Shown: positions 1 through 9,121 of the stretch, piece after piece
How the letters are laid out: the number at the start of each line of letters is the position of its first letter
Numbering within the stretch: the stretch's first letter is position 1
IMG/VR virus record: IMGVR_UViG_3300031994_000001
Span: 55,799-119,798 of that record
Direction: 5' to 3' (one strand)
Length of the DNA: 64,000 nt
Origin: a virus
Lineage: Duplodnaviria; Heunggongvirae; Uroviricota; Caudoviricetes
The notes under the pieces: generated by a model
Seen by the model: the letters and a program-made list of their open reading frames with translations, nothing else
Told to the model about the DNA's origin: nothing
Database searches by the model: none
Translations under genes and position numbers: made by a program

Positions 1-190
1 CACATAGAAAAACTCAACCGTATTCTCTTTTTTTGAGGTTGATATTTGTTTGACAATAACGGCATCGCCCGTTTGGAGTTTGGTTTTCCAACCGAGTACA
101 TTCAGCCTGCCCTGCGAGGTTTTCAGTTCTTTCTGCGTTATGGGCTGTATTGCAAGTTTCTCGTATGTTTCTGTGCTGTATATTTCCATA

Positions 191-796
191 TTAATAGTTC
201 TTTACCAATCTTACCGTGAGAGCGTGTACCGATGTTGTCGGTGCAGTCACCTGCGCGTTTCTGTTGTAGTTGCTTCTTCCGCAGTTGAATGCGTGCGCTC
301 TTTCATATTCGCCGCTTCCGAATGATTTGTTTCCGAGCCAAAATGAGAATGTGTCTCCGTCTTCGTATGGGAATCCGCAGTAGTAGCATCCCCAAAGCAA
401 CCCGCTCAAACCGTATTTGTCAGAACCTCCGTTTTCCATTGAAATCCAAAGGTCTGAATCGCGACCATAAGTGTCCAACAACGAAGTTATTTCCTCAACT
501 GTTGGGAGATGCCATCCGTTTGGTATTATATCCAAAGCCGTGTCGAACTTGTAGAACATCCGTAAATCTTTGTCGGTGTGTTCCATAAAGTAATCCCTTC
601 TTTCTTTGTACTTTGAATTTGGCTGAATGCAAAGGTTTTCGGCAGTCCAATATAAACCACCTATTTTCACAATTTTTCCGAGAAGCCCGTTTTCATAGGT
701 TTCGATTTCCTGCTTTACACACTTTCCGAGCCTTTCTTTTGTGACGGGCTGTATGTTGAGTTTTTCGTTGAATTGCTGTGCGTTCAGTATCTCCAT
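191..796 (-). CDS. Leader-family protein with FISUMP (Fibrobacter succinogenes major paralogous)-like domain
   Basis: Starts MEILNAQQFNEKLNIQPVTKERL; then VKIGGLYWTAENL, IPNGWHLPTVEE, GGSDKYGLSGLLWG and FW motifs typical of FISUMP domains. Confidence 0.75.
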   Translation of the reverse strand: MEILNAQQFNEKLNIQPVTKERLGKCVKQEIETYENGLLGKIVKIGGLYWTAENLCIQPNSKYKERRDYFMEHTDKDLRMFYKFDTALDIIPNGWHLPTVEEITSLLDTYGRDSDLWISMENGGSDKYGLSGLLWGCYYCGFPYEDGDTFSFWLGNKSFGSGEYERAHAFNCGRSNYNRNAQVTAPTTSVHALTVRLVKNY

Positions 797-834
797 TTCG
801 TTGCTGTTTTCTATATTGTATATTTATCTTTCAG

Positions 835-1899
835 TTACCAAAACAGTGTTGTTTTATCAACGGGTTCAACACTGTCGGGTGTTTCATCCAATCTTTTATC
901 CAATCTTTTATCCAATGCTTTATATTTCGGTCTGACCCATATTTTGACAGAATCCTTGAACGGGGGATTTTTGAAGTAATCCTTTTTCAAAGGCTGCTTT
1001 ATGTTCGGGTTGCGAATAATCATATACAAGTCTAACGGTTTCAGCCATTTACTTTCAGCCCGTTTATCAGTCAGAGCATTGTCATAATGTTTCAGTCTGT
1101 TATAACTGAAAAGGTTGTTTCGTCTGCCCGTAATACGGGACGCTTCCTCTCGGTCTTTGTTGTATAGTATGAGTACACCGTCCTCAATCCAAGATTTGTC
1201 TTTTTTGTCATTTTCGTCAATTCCAACCAAAAGCATTTCCTCATAGTTGTACTTGAAATAATCTTCGGCTGTCACAAACACATAGCAAACGTGTCTCCTG
1301 CCGTCTCTTGTGCAACCAAACACAATGTCACCCGTCTGAAGCCTCTCTTTTGGAGGTACGGATTCGTTAAACAGTCGTTCCTTGCTGACGGGTTGTATGT
1401 TGAGTTTTTCTTCAACAGCATTGCCTTTATAATTAAAAACCATTTTCGCTTTCGAATTTGGAAATGTTTTGAAATATTCTACATCCAATGGTTTTTCTAA
1501 AAGTGGCACTCTGTAAACATACATAACCCTATTATTAAGATTGTTGTCATATTTAACAACAAAATGCCTTGTGAAAACGGGTTTTCCGCCGCGACCAGTA
1601 ACCCCAGACAAATAAAAAATGAATATTCCGTCACGCAACGCACTATCTTTTTCATTTGAAATGGGTTCGTCAAGCAATTCATCATACGCACCGCTTTTTA
1701 CGTCATCGTATGATACAAACACTCCATTTTCTTTTTCGTTTTCATCGCCAACAACAACAATATCACCCGTTATGAAATTATTTCTCATTTCAGATGGAGT
1801 TTTATACATTTTACATTTTGTAAAATCAGTAAGTCTGTCTTTTGTGATTGGCTGTATATTGAGTTTTTCGTTAAATTTCTTTGTATCAAGTATTTCCAT
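835..1899 (-). CDS. Leader-family protein with two tandem 'TGDI' domains separated by an internal leader copy
   Basis: Start moved to MEILDTKKFNEKLNIQPITKDRL (1899); internal AVEEKLNIQPVSKERL. Confidence 0.8.
   Translation of the reverse strand: MEILDTKKFNEKLNIQPITKDRLTDFTKCKMYKTPSEMRNNFITGDIVVVGDENEKENGVFVSYDDVKSGAYDELLDEPISNEKDSALRDGIFIFYLSGVTGRGGKPVFTRHFVVKYDNNLNNRVMYVYRVPLLEKPLDVEYFKTFPNSKAKMVFNYKGNAVEEKLNIQPVSKERLFNESVPPKERLQTGDIVFGCTRDGRRHVCYVFVTAEDYFKYNYEEMLLVGIDENDKKDKSWIEDGVLILYNKDREEASRITGRRNNLFSYNRLKHYDNALTDKRAESKWLKPLDLYMIIRNPNIKQPLKKDYFKNPPFKDSVKIWVRPKYKALDKRLDKRLDETPDSVEPVDKTTLFW
886..915. repeat. 12-bp in-frame tandem duplication (ATCCAATCTTTT x2.5) encoding LDKRLDKRLD
   Basis: Read directly from sequence. 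Confidence 0.85.
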
Positions 1900-1900
1900 A

Positions 1901-2359
1901 TTATATTTTTCTTTTCCAAATGATGTCTGACGAATCAAACGGTGGGTTGATGAAATAATCTTTGGTCATAGGCTGCGGCAGTTCTTTCGGTCTGTATATA
2001 ATGTCAATGCGCTGTTTGATAGTGTCCATTCTGTTGAGGTTGTCGTCATACCGTTCAAGCAAAAGGTAAATACATCTGCTGTAATAATGCGGGTCTTTGC
2101 GTATAAGCGCACCGTCTTCGCTTATCGGCAATCCGCCGCCTTCCAATCCGAGCAGTTTTGCACAGTCGTTTTCTCTGTATCCGTCTTCGGACATAAAGAC
2201 ATAATGTCGTGAAGAACCATCGTGCCTTGTGACAAGAACAATGTCCCAATCTCGCAACTGTTCCTTCAACGTGTAGGGCTTTGTATTGTGAAGCCTCTCC
2301 TTGCTGACTGGTTGTATGTTGAGTTTTTCGTTGAACTGCTTTGTGTCAAGTATTTTCAT
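1901..2359 (-). CDS. Leader-family protein, single TGDI-type domain
   Basis: MKILDTKQFNEKLNIQPVSKERL; DWDIVLV, DGALI, DNL, ends DYFINPP..IIWKRK like paralogues. Confidence 0.8.
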   Translation of the reverse strand: MKILDTKQFNEKLNIQPVSKERLHNTKPYTLKEQLRDWDIVLVTRHDGSSRHYVFMSEDGYRENDCAKLLGLEGGGLPISEDGALIRKDPHYYSRCIYLLLERYDDNLNRMDTIKQRIDIIYRPKELPQPMTKDYFINPPFDSSDIIWKRKI

Positions 2360-3288
2360 AATCCGTCTCTTTTCCAAATGATTTCCGCTTCTTCCGTTGG
2401 CGGGTCTAAAACATAATCCGCGTCAATTTTATCGGGTTTTTCTTTCGGACGGAGAATTTGTTTTACCGCAAATTGTTTACCCAAAGATGAACTGCCGCTG
2501 ATTTTGGTGTCAAGGTTGTCATTGTATCGGTATGCTTTTGTATATTTTGGCACGTTTCTGTTGATGCTTGCATCATATTCCATACGGATAAAAATGCCTT
2601 CGTTTTTGAAAAAAGATAAGTCTGATACAAGGTCGAACATTGTGATATATCTTTTCAATTCGTCAAACGGAATGTAAACATATTCAAGCCCGTTGTCAAT
2701 CAGCAATATGTCGCCGAACTTGAGCCTCCGTTTTGGAGGCAGTGTTGCGTTGTGCGCCTTTGCCAACATTTCCTTTGTGACGGGTTGTATGTCAAGTTTC
2801 TCGTCAATATGTTTTTCCTTGTAATTCCAAATTTGTTTCGCTTTCGGATTCGGGAATGTTTTAAGGTAATCTTCCGTCAACGGATTTTTCAAAAAAGGAA
2901 CTCTGTAAACATACATAACTTTGTGCGTACCAATGCCTTCGTATTCGAGTTCGTCATTGAAATCCTTTACATAACTTCTTGTAAAAAACGATTGTTCCCA
3001 ATACACAAACACGCCGTCAACACAATTGACGATTTCCGATTCACTTGTCAATTTTGGGAAGAAATGCGTGATTTCGTCATATACACCGCTTTTCACGTCT
3101 TTGTAAGATATGTATGTTCCGTGCAGGTTTTCTTTCTCGTTACCCACAACAACGATGTCACCCGTTTGAAAATTGGCACGCATTTCGCTTGCTGTCGGAT
3201 ACGGTACAACAAGTTTTTTCAGTCTGTCCGCTGTGACGGGTTGTATGTTAAGTTTTTCGTTGAACTGTTTTGTATCAAGTATTTCCAT
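2356..3288 (-). CDS. Leader-family protein, two TGDI-type domains with internal leader copy
   Basis: MEILDTKQFNEKLNIQPVTADRL; internal HIDEKLDIQPVTKEML. Confidence 0.8.
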   Translation of the reverse strand: MEILDTKQFNEKLNIQPVTADRLKKLVVPYPTASEMRANFQTGDIVVVGNEKENLHGTYISYKDVKSGVYDEITHFFPKLTSESEIVNCVDGVFVYWEQSFFTRSYVKDFNDELEYEGIGTHKVMYVYRVPFLKNPLTEDYLKTFPNPKAKQIWNYKEKHIDEKLDIQPVTKEMLAKAHNATLPPKRRLKFGDILLIDNGLEYVYIPFDELKRYITMFDLVSDLSFFKNEGIFIRMEYDASINRNVPKYTKAYRYNDNLDTKISGSSSLGKQFAVKQILRPKEKPDKIDADYVLDPPTEEAEIIWKRDGL

Positions 3289-3290
3289 AA

Positions 3291-3776
3291 TCAGTCTCTT
3301 TTCCAAATTGTTTTTGCCTTTCGTATCGAAGCGTCTTTGAAATAATCCTCGGTAAGAGGCAGGCTTACGTGCGGGTTACGCATAACCGCCCAAATGCCAT
3401 ATTTCTTGCCGCGCATTAGGTTTGAATCCAACTCCGCGAGGTTTGTGCGGGTGAAGTGGGGGTTGTCGTTGACAATGAACATAGGTTTCGCGTCATAGAA
3501 AATGAACATTCCCTCCTTGTAGAATTTCGTTTTCCAAAGAGGAATGTTAAATCCGAAATATTTGTCGTACAACTCCTTTTCGATGTCGCTTTTTGATATG
3601 AACACACCCAAATGCTTGTGGTCTATGTGACCCATAATGGCAATGTCTCCCGTAAGAAAATTGGCACGCATTTCACTTGCTGTTGCATACGGAATAACTC
3701 GGCTTTTCAGTCTGTCTTTTGTGACGGGCTGAATGTTCAGTTTCTCGTTTAATTGTTCTGTATTCAATATTTTCAT
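3291..3776 (-). CDS. Leader-family protein, single TGDI-type domain
   Basis: MKILNTEQLNEKLNIQPVTKDRL; SEMRANFLTGDI. Confidence 0.8.
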   Translation of the reverse strand: MKILNTEQLNEKLNIQPVTKDRLKSRVIPYATASEMRANFLTGDIAIMGHIDHKHLGVFISKSDIEKELYDKYFGFNIPLWKTKFYKEGMFIFYDAKPMFIVNDNPHFTRTNLAELDSNLMRGKKYGIWAVMRNPHVSLPLTEDYFKDASIRKAKTIWKRD

Positions 3777-4378
3777 AAGTCTCTGCAAAATCTTACTGTC
3801 ATCATTTCCTCTTTTTCGGCGTTCTCATCCCACATACTTCCGTGTTCATTGTTGCCACCGTGTGAAATTGGGGCAAGCAGGTGCATTTTGTGCGGTTTTG
3901 GAACTTTTGCGTTTGCTATACCGCCGATGAATGTCGTATATGTCTTGTAAACCATAAAGTCGGCATACCTGCCTTCGCCGAGTATGTGACCTTTGTAGTA
4001 TATGCCAACAAGTTTGGCGTTGAACCCCGATTCGTTTGTTCCGCCGTATTCAGTCGCTATAAGAGGCAGGAAGTTGTCATCTTCCATTGCTGCATAAAGG
4101 TCATCCGTGTCTTTGACTGACGGGACACGCCAACCTTTAGGCGCGATTTTGGTTGCGGCTCTCTGTGTGTAATAATACTCGCCGTCAACGACATTGTAGT
4201 CAACGCCATCCACCAATTCATATCCGTCTGCCGTAACAGTTGTGGCGGCGTTCCGTACAGTCCAATAACGGTTGCCGATTTTCACATAGTTTTGTCGTTT
4301 GATATTTGACAGACGTGATTTGGAAACGGGTTGTATGTTCAATTTCTCGGTGAACTGTTGTGCGTTGAGTATTTCCAT
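3773..4378 (-). CDS. Leader-family protein with FISUMP-like domain
   Basis: MEILNAQQFTEKLNIQPVSKSRL; VKIGNRYWTVRN, APKGWRVPS, GGTNESGFNAKLVG, VRFCRD. Confidence 0.75.
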   Translation of the reverse strand: MEILNAQQFTEKLNIQPVSKSRLSNIKRQNYVKIGNRYWTVRNAATTVTADGYELVDGVDYNVVDGEYYYTQRAATKIAPKGWRVPSVKDTDDLYAAMEDDNFLPLIATEYGGTNESGFNAKLVGIYYKGHILGEGRYADFMVYKTYTTFIGGIANAKVPKPHKMHLLAPISHGGNNEHGSMWDENAEKEEMMTVRFCRDL

Positions 4379-4382
4379 AGCA

Positions 4383-5042
4383 TTAAATTTTATCCCAAAC
4401 AAAAATGAACAGTTGCAGGAAACACACAACCTCCATAAAGAATATCCAAGCCTTGTTGTCAACGTCAACGGAGTAGTCGGGGTTGTACGCGCCTGGGGTG
4501 TTCACCCCTATCAATATGAACATAACATAGGACAGAACCATACTTGCAATGGCGACAACGCTTGTGATGCACAGATAGACCGTTACGAGTGTTATCGTAA
4601 CAAGTGAACTGATGTAGTGTATCGGTCTCGCCCAACCGTATTGCAGGAACACGCTCGGTTTGAATTTCTCCAACAGTTCCTTTATGAACTCCTTGAATGA
4701 CTTTTTGACAGCGGGTTTCTCGGTGTCGAATCGCACTTCGGGAACGTAGTTGTCGCCGCCGTCACGCTTCGGTCCAGACTTGTAGCGGCAACTAACACCA
4801 ATCATAACCATACACAAGACAACCACTATCGGAATCCAACAGAGGTTTTTTGGTGAGATTGTGAACCACCAAAAACCGAATGGTATAGCCGTCAGTGAAC
4901 ACCACGCACTGAAAAGCCAATCCCACTTGTTTGGCAGCAGGTAGTATGTCTCTGATATTGATACGGGAACTCCGTATTTGAAAAGAATGAAGATTATGTA
5001 TGCAAAGCACAGCACAATCGAAATAATAGGCAAACTAATCAT
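4383..5042 (-). CDS. Multi-pass membrane protein
   Basis: Several hydrophobic segments; SISETYYLL and HY motifs. Confidence 0.65.
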   Translation of the reverse strand: MISLPIISIVLCFAYIIFILFKYGVPVSISETYYLLPNKWDWLFSAWCSLTAIPFGFWWFTISPKNLCWIPIVVVLCMVMIGVSCRYKSGPKRDGGDNYVPEVRFDTEKPAVKKSFKEFIKELLEKFKPSVFLQYGWARPIHYISSLVTITLVTVYLCITSVVAIASMVLSYVMFILIGVNTPGAYNPDYSVDVDNKAWIFFMEVVCFLQLFIFVWDKI

Positions 5043-5070
5043 AATGCGTTTATTTTATATTGTTTATGGT

Positions 5071-5481
5071 CTATTCTTTTTTGATAATGAGCGTCATAGC
5101 CAAGTTCGGTGTTATCTTGTCGTCAAGTACGCCATCGAATATGTCAAGCATAGCGTTCCATACGGGCAGCATCATTTCATTCTCCCCGAATTGGAAAGGC
5201 AGGTGTGCCTTTATCATACCGCTCAATATATTGCTGAACCTGCCCGATTCCGATTCCGATTCGACAATTTCGTTGAGCAGATTGAGTTCATTTTCGGTCA
5301 GCCTTATCTTCAGACGAGTGTTTGTCATACTGCCGAAAAACGGGCTTTTCAGTTTTGACAGTTTTCTGTACAGTTTCTGTTTCACCATATCTCTTGTGCC
5401 GCCGACAGAACGCAGTCTGTCCGCGCTGACGGGTTGGATGTTCAGTTTTTCGTTGAATTGTTCTGTGTTCAGTATTTTCAT
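5071..5481 (-). CDS. Leader-family protein, unknown helical cargo
   Basis: MKILNTEQFNEKLNIQPVSADRL; cargo related to 5483-5908 (KL..SKL, IRL.LTE.EL..(L/F)N.I). Confidence 0.75.
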   Translation of the reverse strand: MKILNTEQFNEKLNIQPVSADRLRSVGGTRDMVKQKLYRKLSKLKSPFFGSMTNTRLKIRLTENELNLLNEIVESESESGRFSNILSGMIKAHLPFQFGENEMMLPVWNAMLDIFDGVLDDKITPNLAMTLIIKKE

Positions 5482-5482
5482 A

Positions 5483-5908
5483 TTATACTATATCTATTAA
5501 AAGTATTGTTTTAAGCGGGTTGCAGTTTTTTAAGAAATCATACCATACGCCGAATTGGAAATAAATTGCGGTTATTGTCACAGAATTTAGTTCGTTCAGC
5601 CCTTTTATGAACGGTATGGTGTCTTGCAGTTTTTGGTATGTTAGCGTGTCCGTCAGTGCGTTTTTCTTGACCTCATACATTATGTTGTTGAATGCGTCAA
5701 GTTCTTCCTCCGTCAGATACAGCCGTATGCAGTGTCTGTATTTACCGTTTTGGCTTTCGTGAAACTGTGTCGGTTCGAGTTTGGACGAAGCCAATTTCCG
5801 TTTCAGTGACCTTTCGGTAACATCCAAATTCTTCAACCTATCAGCCGTGACGGGTTGAATGTTCAGTTTTTCCTGCACAAGAAACTGCTCAATAGTTAAA
5901 ACTTCCAT
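5483..5908 (-). CDS. Leader-family protein, unknown helical cargo
   Basis: Start moved to MEVLTIEQFLVQEKLNIQPVTADRL; upstream part of the track ORF is intergenic. Confidence 0.7.
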   Translation of the reverse strand: MEVLTIEQFLVQEKLNIQPVTADRLKNLDVTERSLKRKLASSKLEPTQFHESQNGKYRHCIRLYLTEEELDAFNNIMYEVKKNALTDTLTYQKLQDTIPFIKGLNELNSVTITAIYFQFGVWYDFLKNCNPLKTILLIDIV

Positions 5909-6127
5909 CTTATAACATTGTGTTGCAATATTTATAATAAGTCCGCCGATACGGGGGTTGTTCGGTTTTTCGGCAATCTTTTCGAAATCCTGCGAAAAAC
6001 CGCCAAGCGGGTATAAAACAAAAAAACTTGCATAAAAACCAAAAATGCGCACAAACGCTTGTGTATCAACTGATTGGGCGCGTTTTTGAAAAACTGAAAA
6101 ATGTAGAAAACCCCGAAAAACCGCTGA

Positions 6128-6135
6128 TATAAATA
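6128..6135 (+). promoter_or_regulatory. T4-type late promoter TATAAATA upstream of major capsid gene
   Basis: Exact T4 late consensus. Confidence 0.7.
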
Positions 6136-6223
6136 TATTGAGCAAAAACACAAATAGTCTGTTAAGTTATAGAAGAAAAGAACTTTCACTGACTGTGCTT
6201 AATCAAAAATATTATTAAAAACA

Positions 6224-8020
6224 ATGTATTACAATTCTATTAATGAATCACAAGTCCTCGCTACTTGGGGACAGCACATTAAGGAGAGTTTGGGCATTAA
6301 CGATGAAAGCAAGTTGGCTTGGATGTCAAAATATGCTTATATGCACGATTTGCACGACAAGAAAATGCTTAACGAGTCTGTTGACGGTCACGCCCATTTG
6401 AATCCTAATATGACAATCGGCGGTATGGGTGCTATTCAGTTCCCAGGTGCTGCTACAAACAACACTTACGACCGTTCTCTCGCAGGCAGCGGTGATAATG
6501 TTTACAGCGTGCTTCCTCTTGCTCTGCAAGTAGCCGCTCAAACCATCGCTCTTGACCTCGTTCCCGTTGTTCCTATGCAGGGACCTCACGGACTGTTGCA
6601 ATACCTTGACTATGTTTACGAAGGTGGTCGTCTCCACAACCAAGGTGGTAGCATCTACACAAGCGTAAACAACGAGAACTACGCATCACCTTATATGATT
6701 AAGGCTATGCTGTTCAATGTCACCGAAGGCAACGGCAGCGATGCTGAAAAGCACATTTTCCGTCCAAACGCTAAATACGTTTTGACCGAAGACGGCGAAG
6801 TTATGGAAGACTTCGATTTGACTTACATCTATCCTAACCGTATTGACGGTAAGCCTCTCTTCCGCGTGATTGAGAAATCACACTACAACGGACAGAAGAT
6901 GGTTGGCGGAGAAAATGCAAGCACTCCTATCTACCGTATCTTCGAGAACTTGAAAACCACAGAGAACCCAAGCGGTATCTACGGTATCAAGTGCATCGGC
7001 AACGGTTCTGACGACATCGAACTTACTGTTGAGTCAAGTAAGGGAACTGAAGAAGTCCGTGCTTTTGAAGACCACATCACTTCATTCAGCGGCGAAGGCT
7101 TCTTGAAAGACACCGTTACTTCAAACAACCCTTACACAAGGGAAATGGGCGAAGCAACCCCAGGTCGTAAAATCGGTTTGAAATCTTACACTTTGGATGT
7201 TAAGGCTACAACCTTCCAAGTTGATTCTGCCATCACTCGTGAGCAAGTTCAAGACTTGAAGCAATTCGGTATTGACGCTGTGGCTCAAGCAGAGGCTGCA
7301 TTGGTGAACGAACTCACCCAATGTATCAACAAGGTCATCCTTGAAAAGATGTTCAACCTCGGCGCACTCAACGCTAAACAACTCGAAGAAGTTGAAGGCT
7401 TCAACCAAGTTTCCGCTTGGTTCACCAACGGCACTCCTACTGCAACTACCAAAGAAATTTGGTTGGGTGACAAGTATGACAAAGAAGGTGAATTGGTCGG
7501 CAAAATCACAACCAAAGTTCCTTACACTAACGTAACGGGCGGCGGCGAAGTGATGGGTACTGTCCAAAGACGTGTGATGACTAAAATCATCGCTGCTTCC
7601 AACATCATCGCAGTTCGTGGTCGTAGAGGTGCAGGTACTTTCGCTGTCGTAAGCGGAACTATCGGAACAGCACTCCAAGACTGCGCAGGATTCGTTCCTT
7701 ATCCATTGAGCAACACCATTTCCGCTAACGGAAACAGCCTTTACCCAATCGGTGCATTGGCAGGCATCAGCATCTATGTTGACCCCAATATGGCATTCAA
7801 CGACACCCGCGTTTGCGTTGGTCGTAAGGGTAAAGAAAACGAGCCAGGCATCGTGTTTATGCCTTACTTGATGGCTGACAAAGTTGAAACCACTTCAGAG
7901 TTCACAATGGCTCCAGTCATTTCTCTGAAATCTCGTTTCGCAGTTGTTGAGGCGGGTATCTACCCACAAACTCAATACTACACCTTCGGCATCAAACTCG
8001 ATGGTGTGAGCCTCGTGTAA
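6224..8020 (+). CDS. gp23: Major capsid protein, T4 gp23-like
   Basis: AAQTIALDLVPVVPMQGPHGLLQYL, QVQDLKQFGIDA, ELTQCINKVI, IVFMPY, PVISLKSRFA match the gp23 family. Confidence 0.93.
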   Translation: MYYNSINESQVLATWGQHIKESLGINDESKLAWMSKYAYMHDLHDKKMLNESVDGHAHLNPNMTIGGMGAIQFPGAATNNTYDRSLAGSGDNVYSVLPLALQVAAQTIALDLVPVVPMQGPHGLLQYLDYVYEGGRLHNQGGSIYTSVNNENYASPYMIKAMLFNVTEGNGSDAEKHIFRPNAKYVLTEDGEVMEDFDLTYIYPNRIDGKPLFRVIEKSHYNGQKMVGGENASTPIYRIFENLKTTENPSGIYGIKCIGNGSDDIELTVESSKGTEEVRAFEDHITSFSGEGFLKDTVTSNNPYTREMGEATPGRKIGLKSYTLDVKATTFQVDSAITREQVQDLKQFGIDAVAQAEAALVNELTQCINKVILEKMFNLGALNAKQLEEVEGFNQVSAWFTNGTPTATTKEIWLGDKYDKEGELVGKITTKVPYTNVTGGGEVMGTVQRRVMTKIIAASNIIAVRGRRGAGTFAVVSGTIGTALQDCAGFVPYPLSNTISANGNSLYPIGALAGISIYVDPNMAFNDTRVCVGRKGKENEPGIVFMPYLMADKVETTSEFTMAPVISLKSRFAVVEAGIYPQTQYYTFGIKLDGVSLV

Positions 8021-8039
8021 CCCTTAATTGGGATAACCC

Positions 8040-8071
8040 AAAAAGGAGTTGAGCAATCAACTCCTTTTTTT
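8040..8071 (+). terminator. Rho-independent terminator after capsid gene
   Basis: AAAAGGAGTTGA-GCAA-TCAACTCCTTTT hairpin plus T run. Confidence 0.9.
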
Positions 8072-8088
8072 GTTTATTGCAGTTAGGT

Positions 8089-8096
8089 TATAAATA
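8089..8096 (+). promoter_or_regulatory. Late promoter TATAAATA ahead of three leader-family genes
   Basis: Exact consensus 15 nt before ATG 8111. Confidence 0.7.
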
Positions 8097-8110
8097 TACA
8101 AAAAGGACAA

Positions 8111-8584
8111 ATGAATATACTCAAATCCGAGCAATATATAAGCGAGAAACTGAATATTCAGCCCGTCACAAAGGACAGACTTACGGGTTTTGCAAAATAC
8201 AAAATGTACAAAACACCGTCCGAAATGAGAAAGAATTTCAGAACGGGCGATATTGTCAATTTTACGTGTTATACAAAAGTCGAATTTGCGACATTTGTAT
8301 CGTATGATGATTATCTGTCTGACAGATATTCGTTCATTAGAGACGAGTTTCCGCAAAACGCCCCGTCATTTTCAGAGGGTATATTCGTACACAAGCACGG
8401 AGGGGATTTGTCATTATATTGCTGTCTTTCCGATTTTGACGATAATCTCGTTCATTATAACAAGAATTGTGAAGTAATGAGAGTTTACAGACGCAATACA
8501 GCAAAGCCGTCAAGGAAAAGCGATTTCACAAATCTTCGTTATGATAATACGACTTTGGTATATGAAATAGAATATGAAGAATAA
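8111..8584 (+). CDS. Leader-family protein, TGDI domain
   Basis: MNILKSEQYISEKLNIQPVTKDRL; KMYKTPSEMRKNFRTGDIV. Confidence 0.8.
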   Translation: MNILKSEQYISEKLNIQPVTKDRLTGFAKYKMYKTPSEMRKNFRTGDIVNFTCYTKVEFATFVSYDDYLSDRYSFIRDEFPQNAPSFSEGIFVHKHGGDLSLYCCLSDFDDNLVHYNKNCEVMRVYRRNTAKPSRKSDFTNLRYDNTTLVYEIEYEE

Positions 8585-8586
8585 TT

Positions 8587-9120
8587 ATGGAAATACTGAA
8601 ATCAGACAGATACGTGAATGAGAAACTGAATATTCAGCCCGTCACAAAGGATAGGTTGGCTAATGTTGTAAGACCAAATATGTATAAAACACCCGTTGAA
8701 ATGAAAGAGCATTTCAAGACTGGCGACATAGCACTGATGTCCTCCACTTCGGACAAAAAACTTTGTGTGTTTATTTCGTATGAAGATTTTTCATCAGACA
8801 AATACCCGTTTATCGCGAAAGAACTTTTGGGAAGCAATGAAAACGCAACGGTAAAGGACATTCTCAAAACGGCTTCGAAAAATTCGCTTCTTAAAAAAAT
8901 GATATGTGAAGGATGTTTCATAGCATCAACAAAAGACAATAAGATTTATATATTATGCGGACTTGCCGACCTTGACGAAAGGCTTATGGGTAATACCTAT
9001 GGCGTATGGAGTGTTTTCAGAAAGAACGCTGTCAAACCGTTTGAAAGACGCGATTTCGCGTCCCCGCTTATGAGCAAGGCTGTGAAAATATACGAATACA
9101 TACCGACAAACATATCGTAA
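8587..9120 (+). CDS. Leader-family protein, TGDI domain
   Basis: MEILKSDRYVNEKLNIQPVTKDRL; MYKTPVEMKEHFKTGDIA. Confidence 0.8.
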   Translation: MEILKSDRYVNEKLNIQPVTKDRLANVVRPNMYKTPVEMKEHFKTGDIALMSSTSDKKLCVFISYEDFSSDKYPFIAKELLGSNENATVKDILKTASKNSLLKKMICEGCFIASTKDNKIYILCGLADLDERLMGNTYGVWSVFRKNAVKPFERRDFASPLMSKAVKIYEYIPTNIS

Positions 9121-9121
9121 T

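Noticed and set aside
5909-6151. 81-aa N-terminal extension of track ORF 5483-6151
   Set aside because: Leader homology places the start at 5908; the extension is low-complexity intergenic sequence
6326-7678. Antisense ORFs inside the capsid gene (and similar shadow ORFs in primase, S1-like, nucleotidyltransferase and family-B genes)
   Set aside because: Expected shadows of biased codon usage on the coding strand; no independent motifs or promoters
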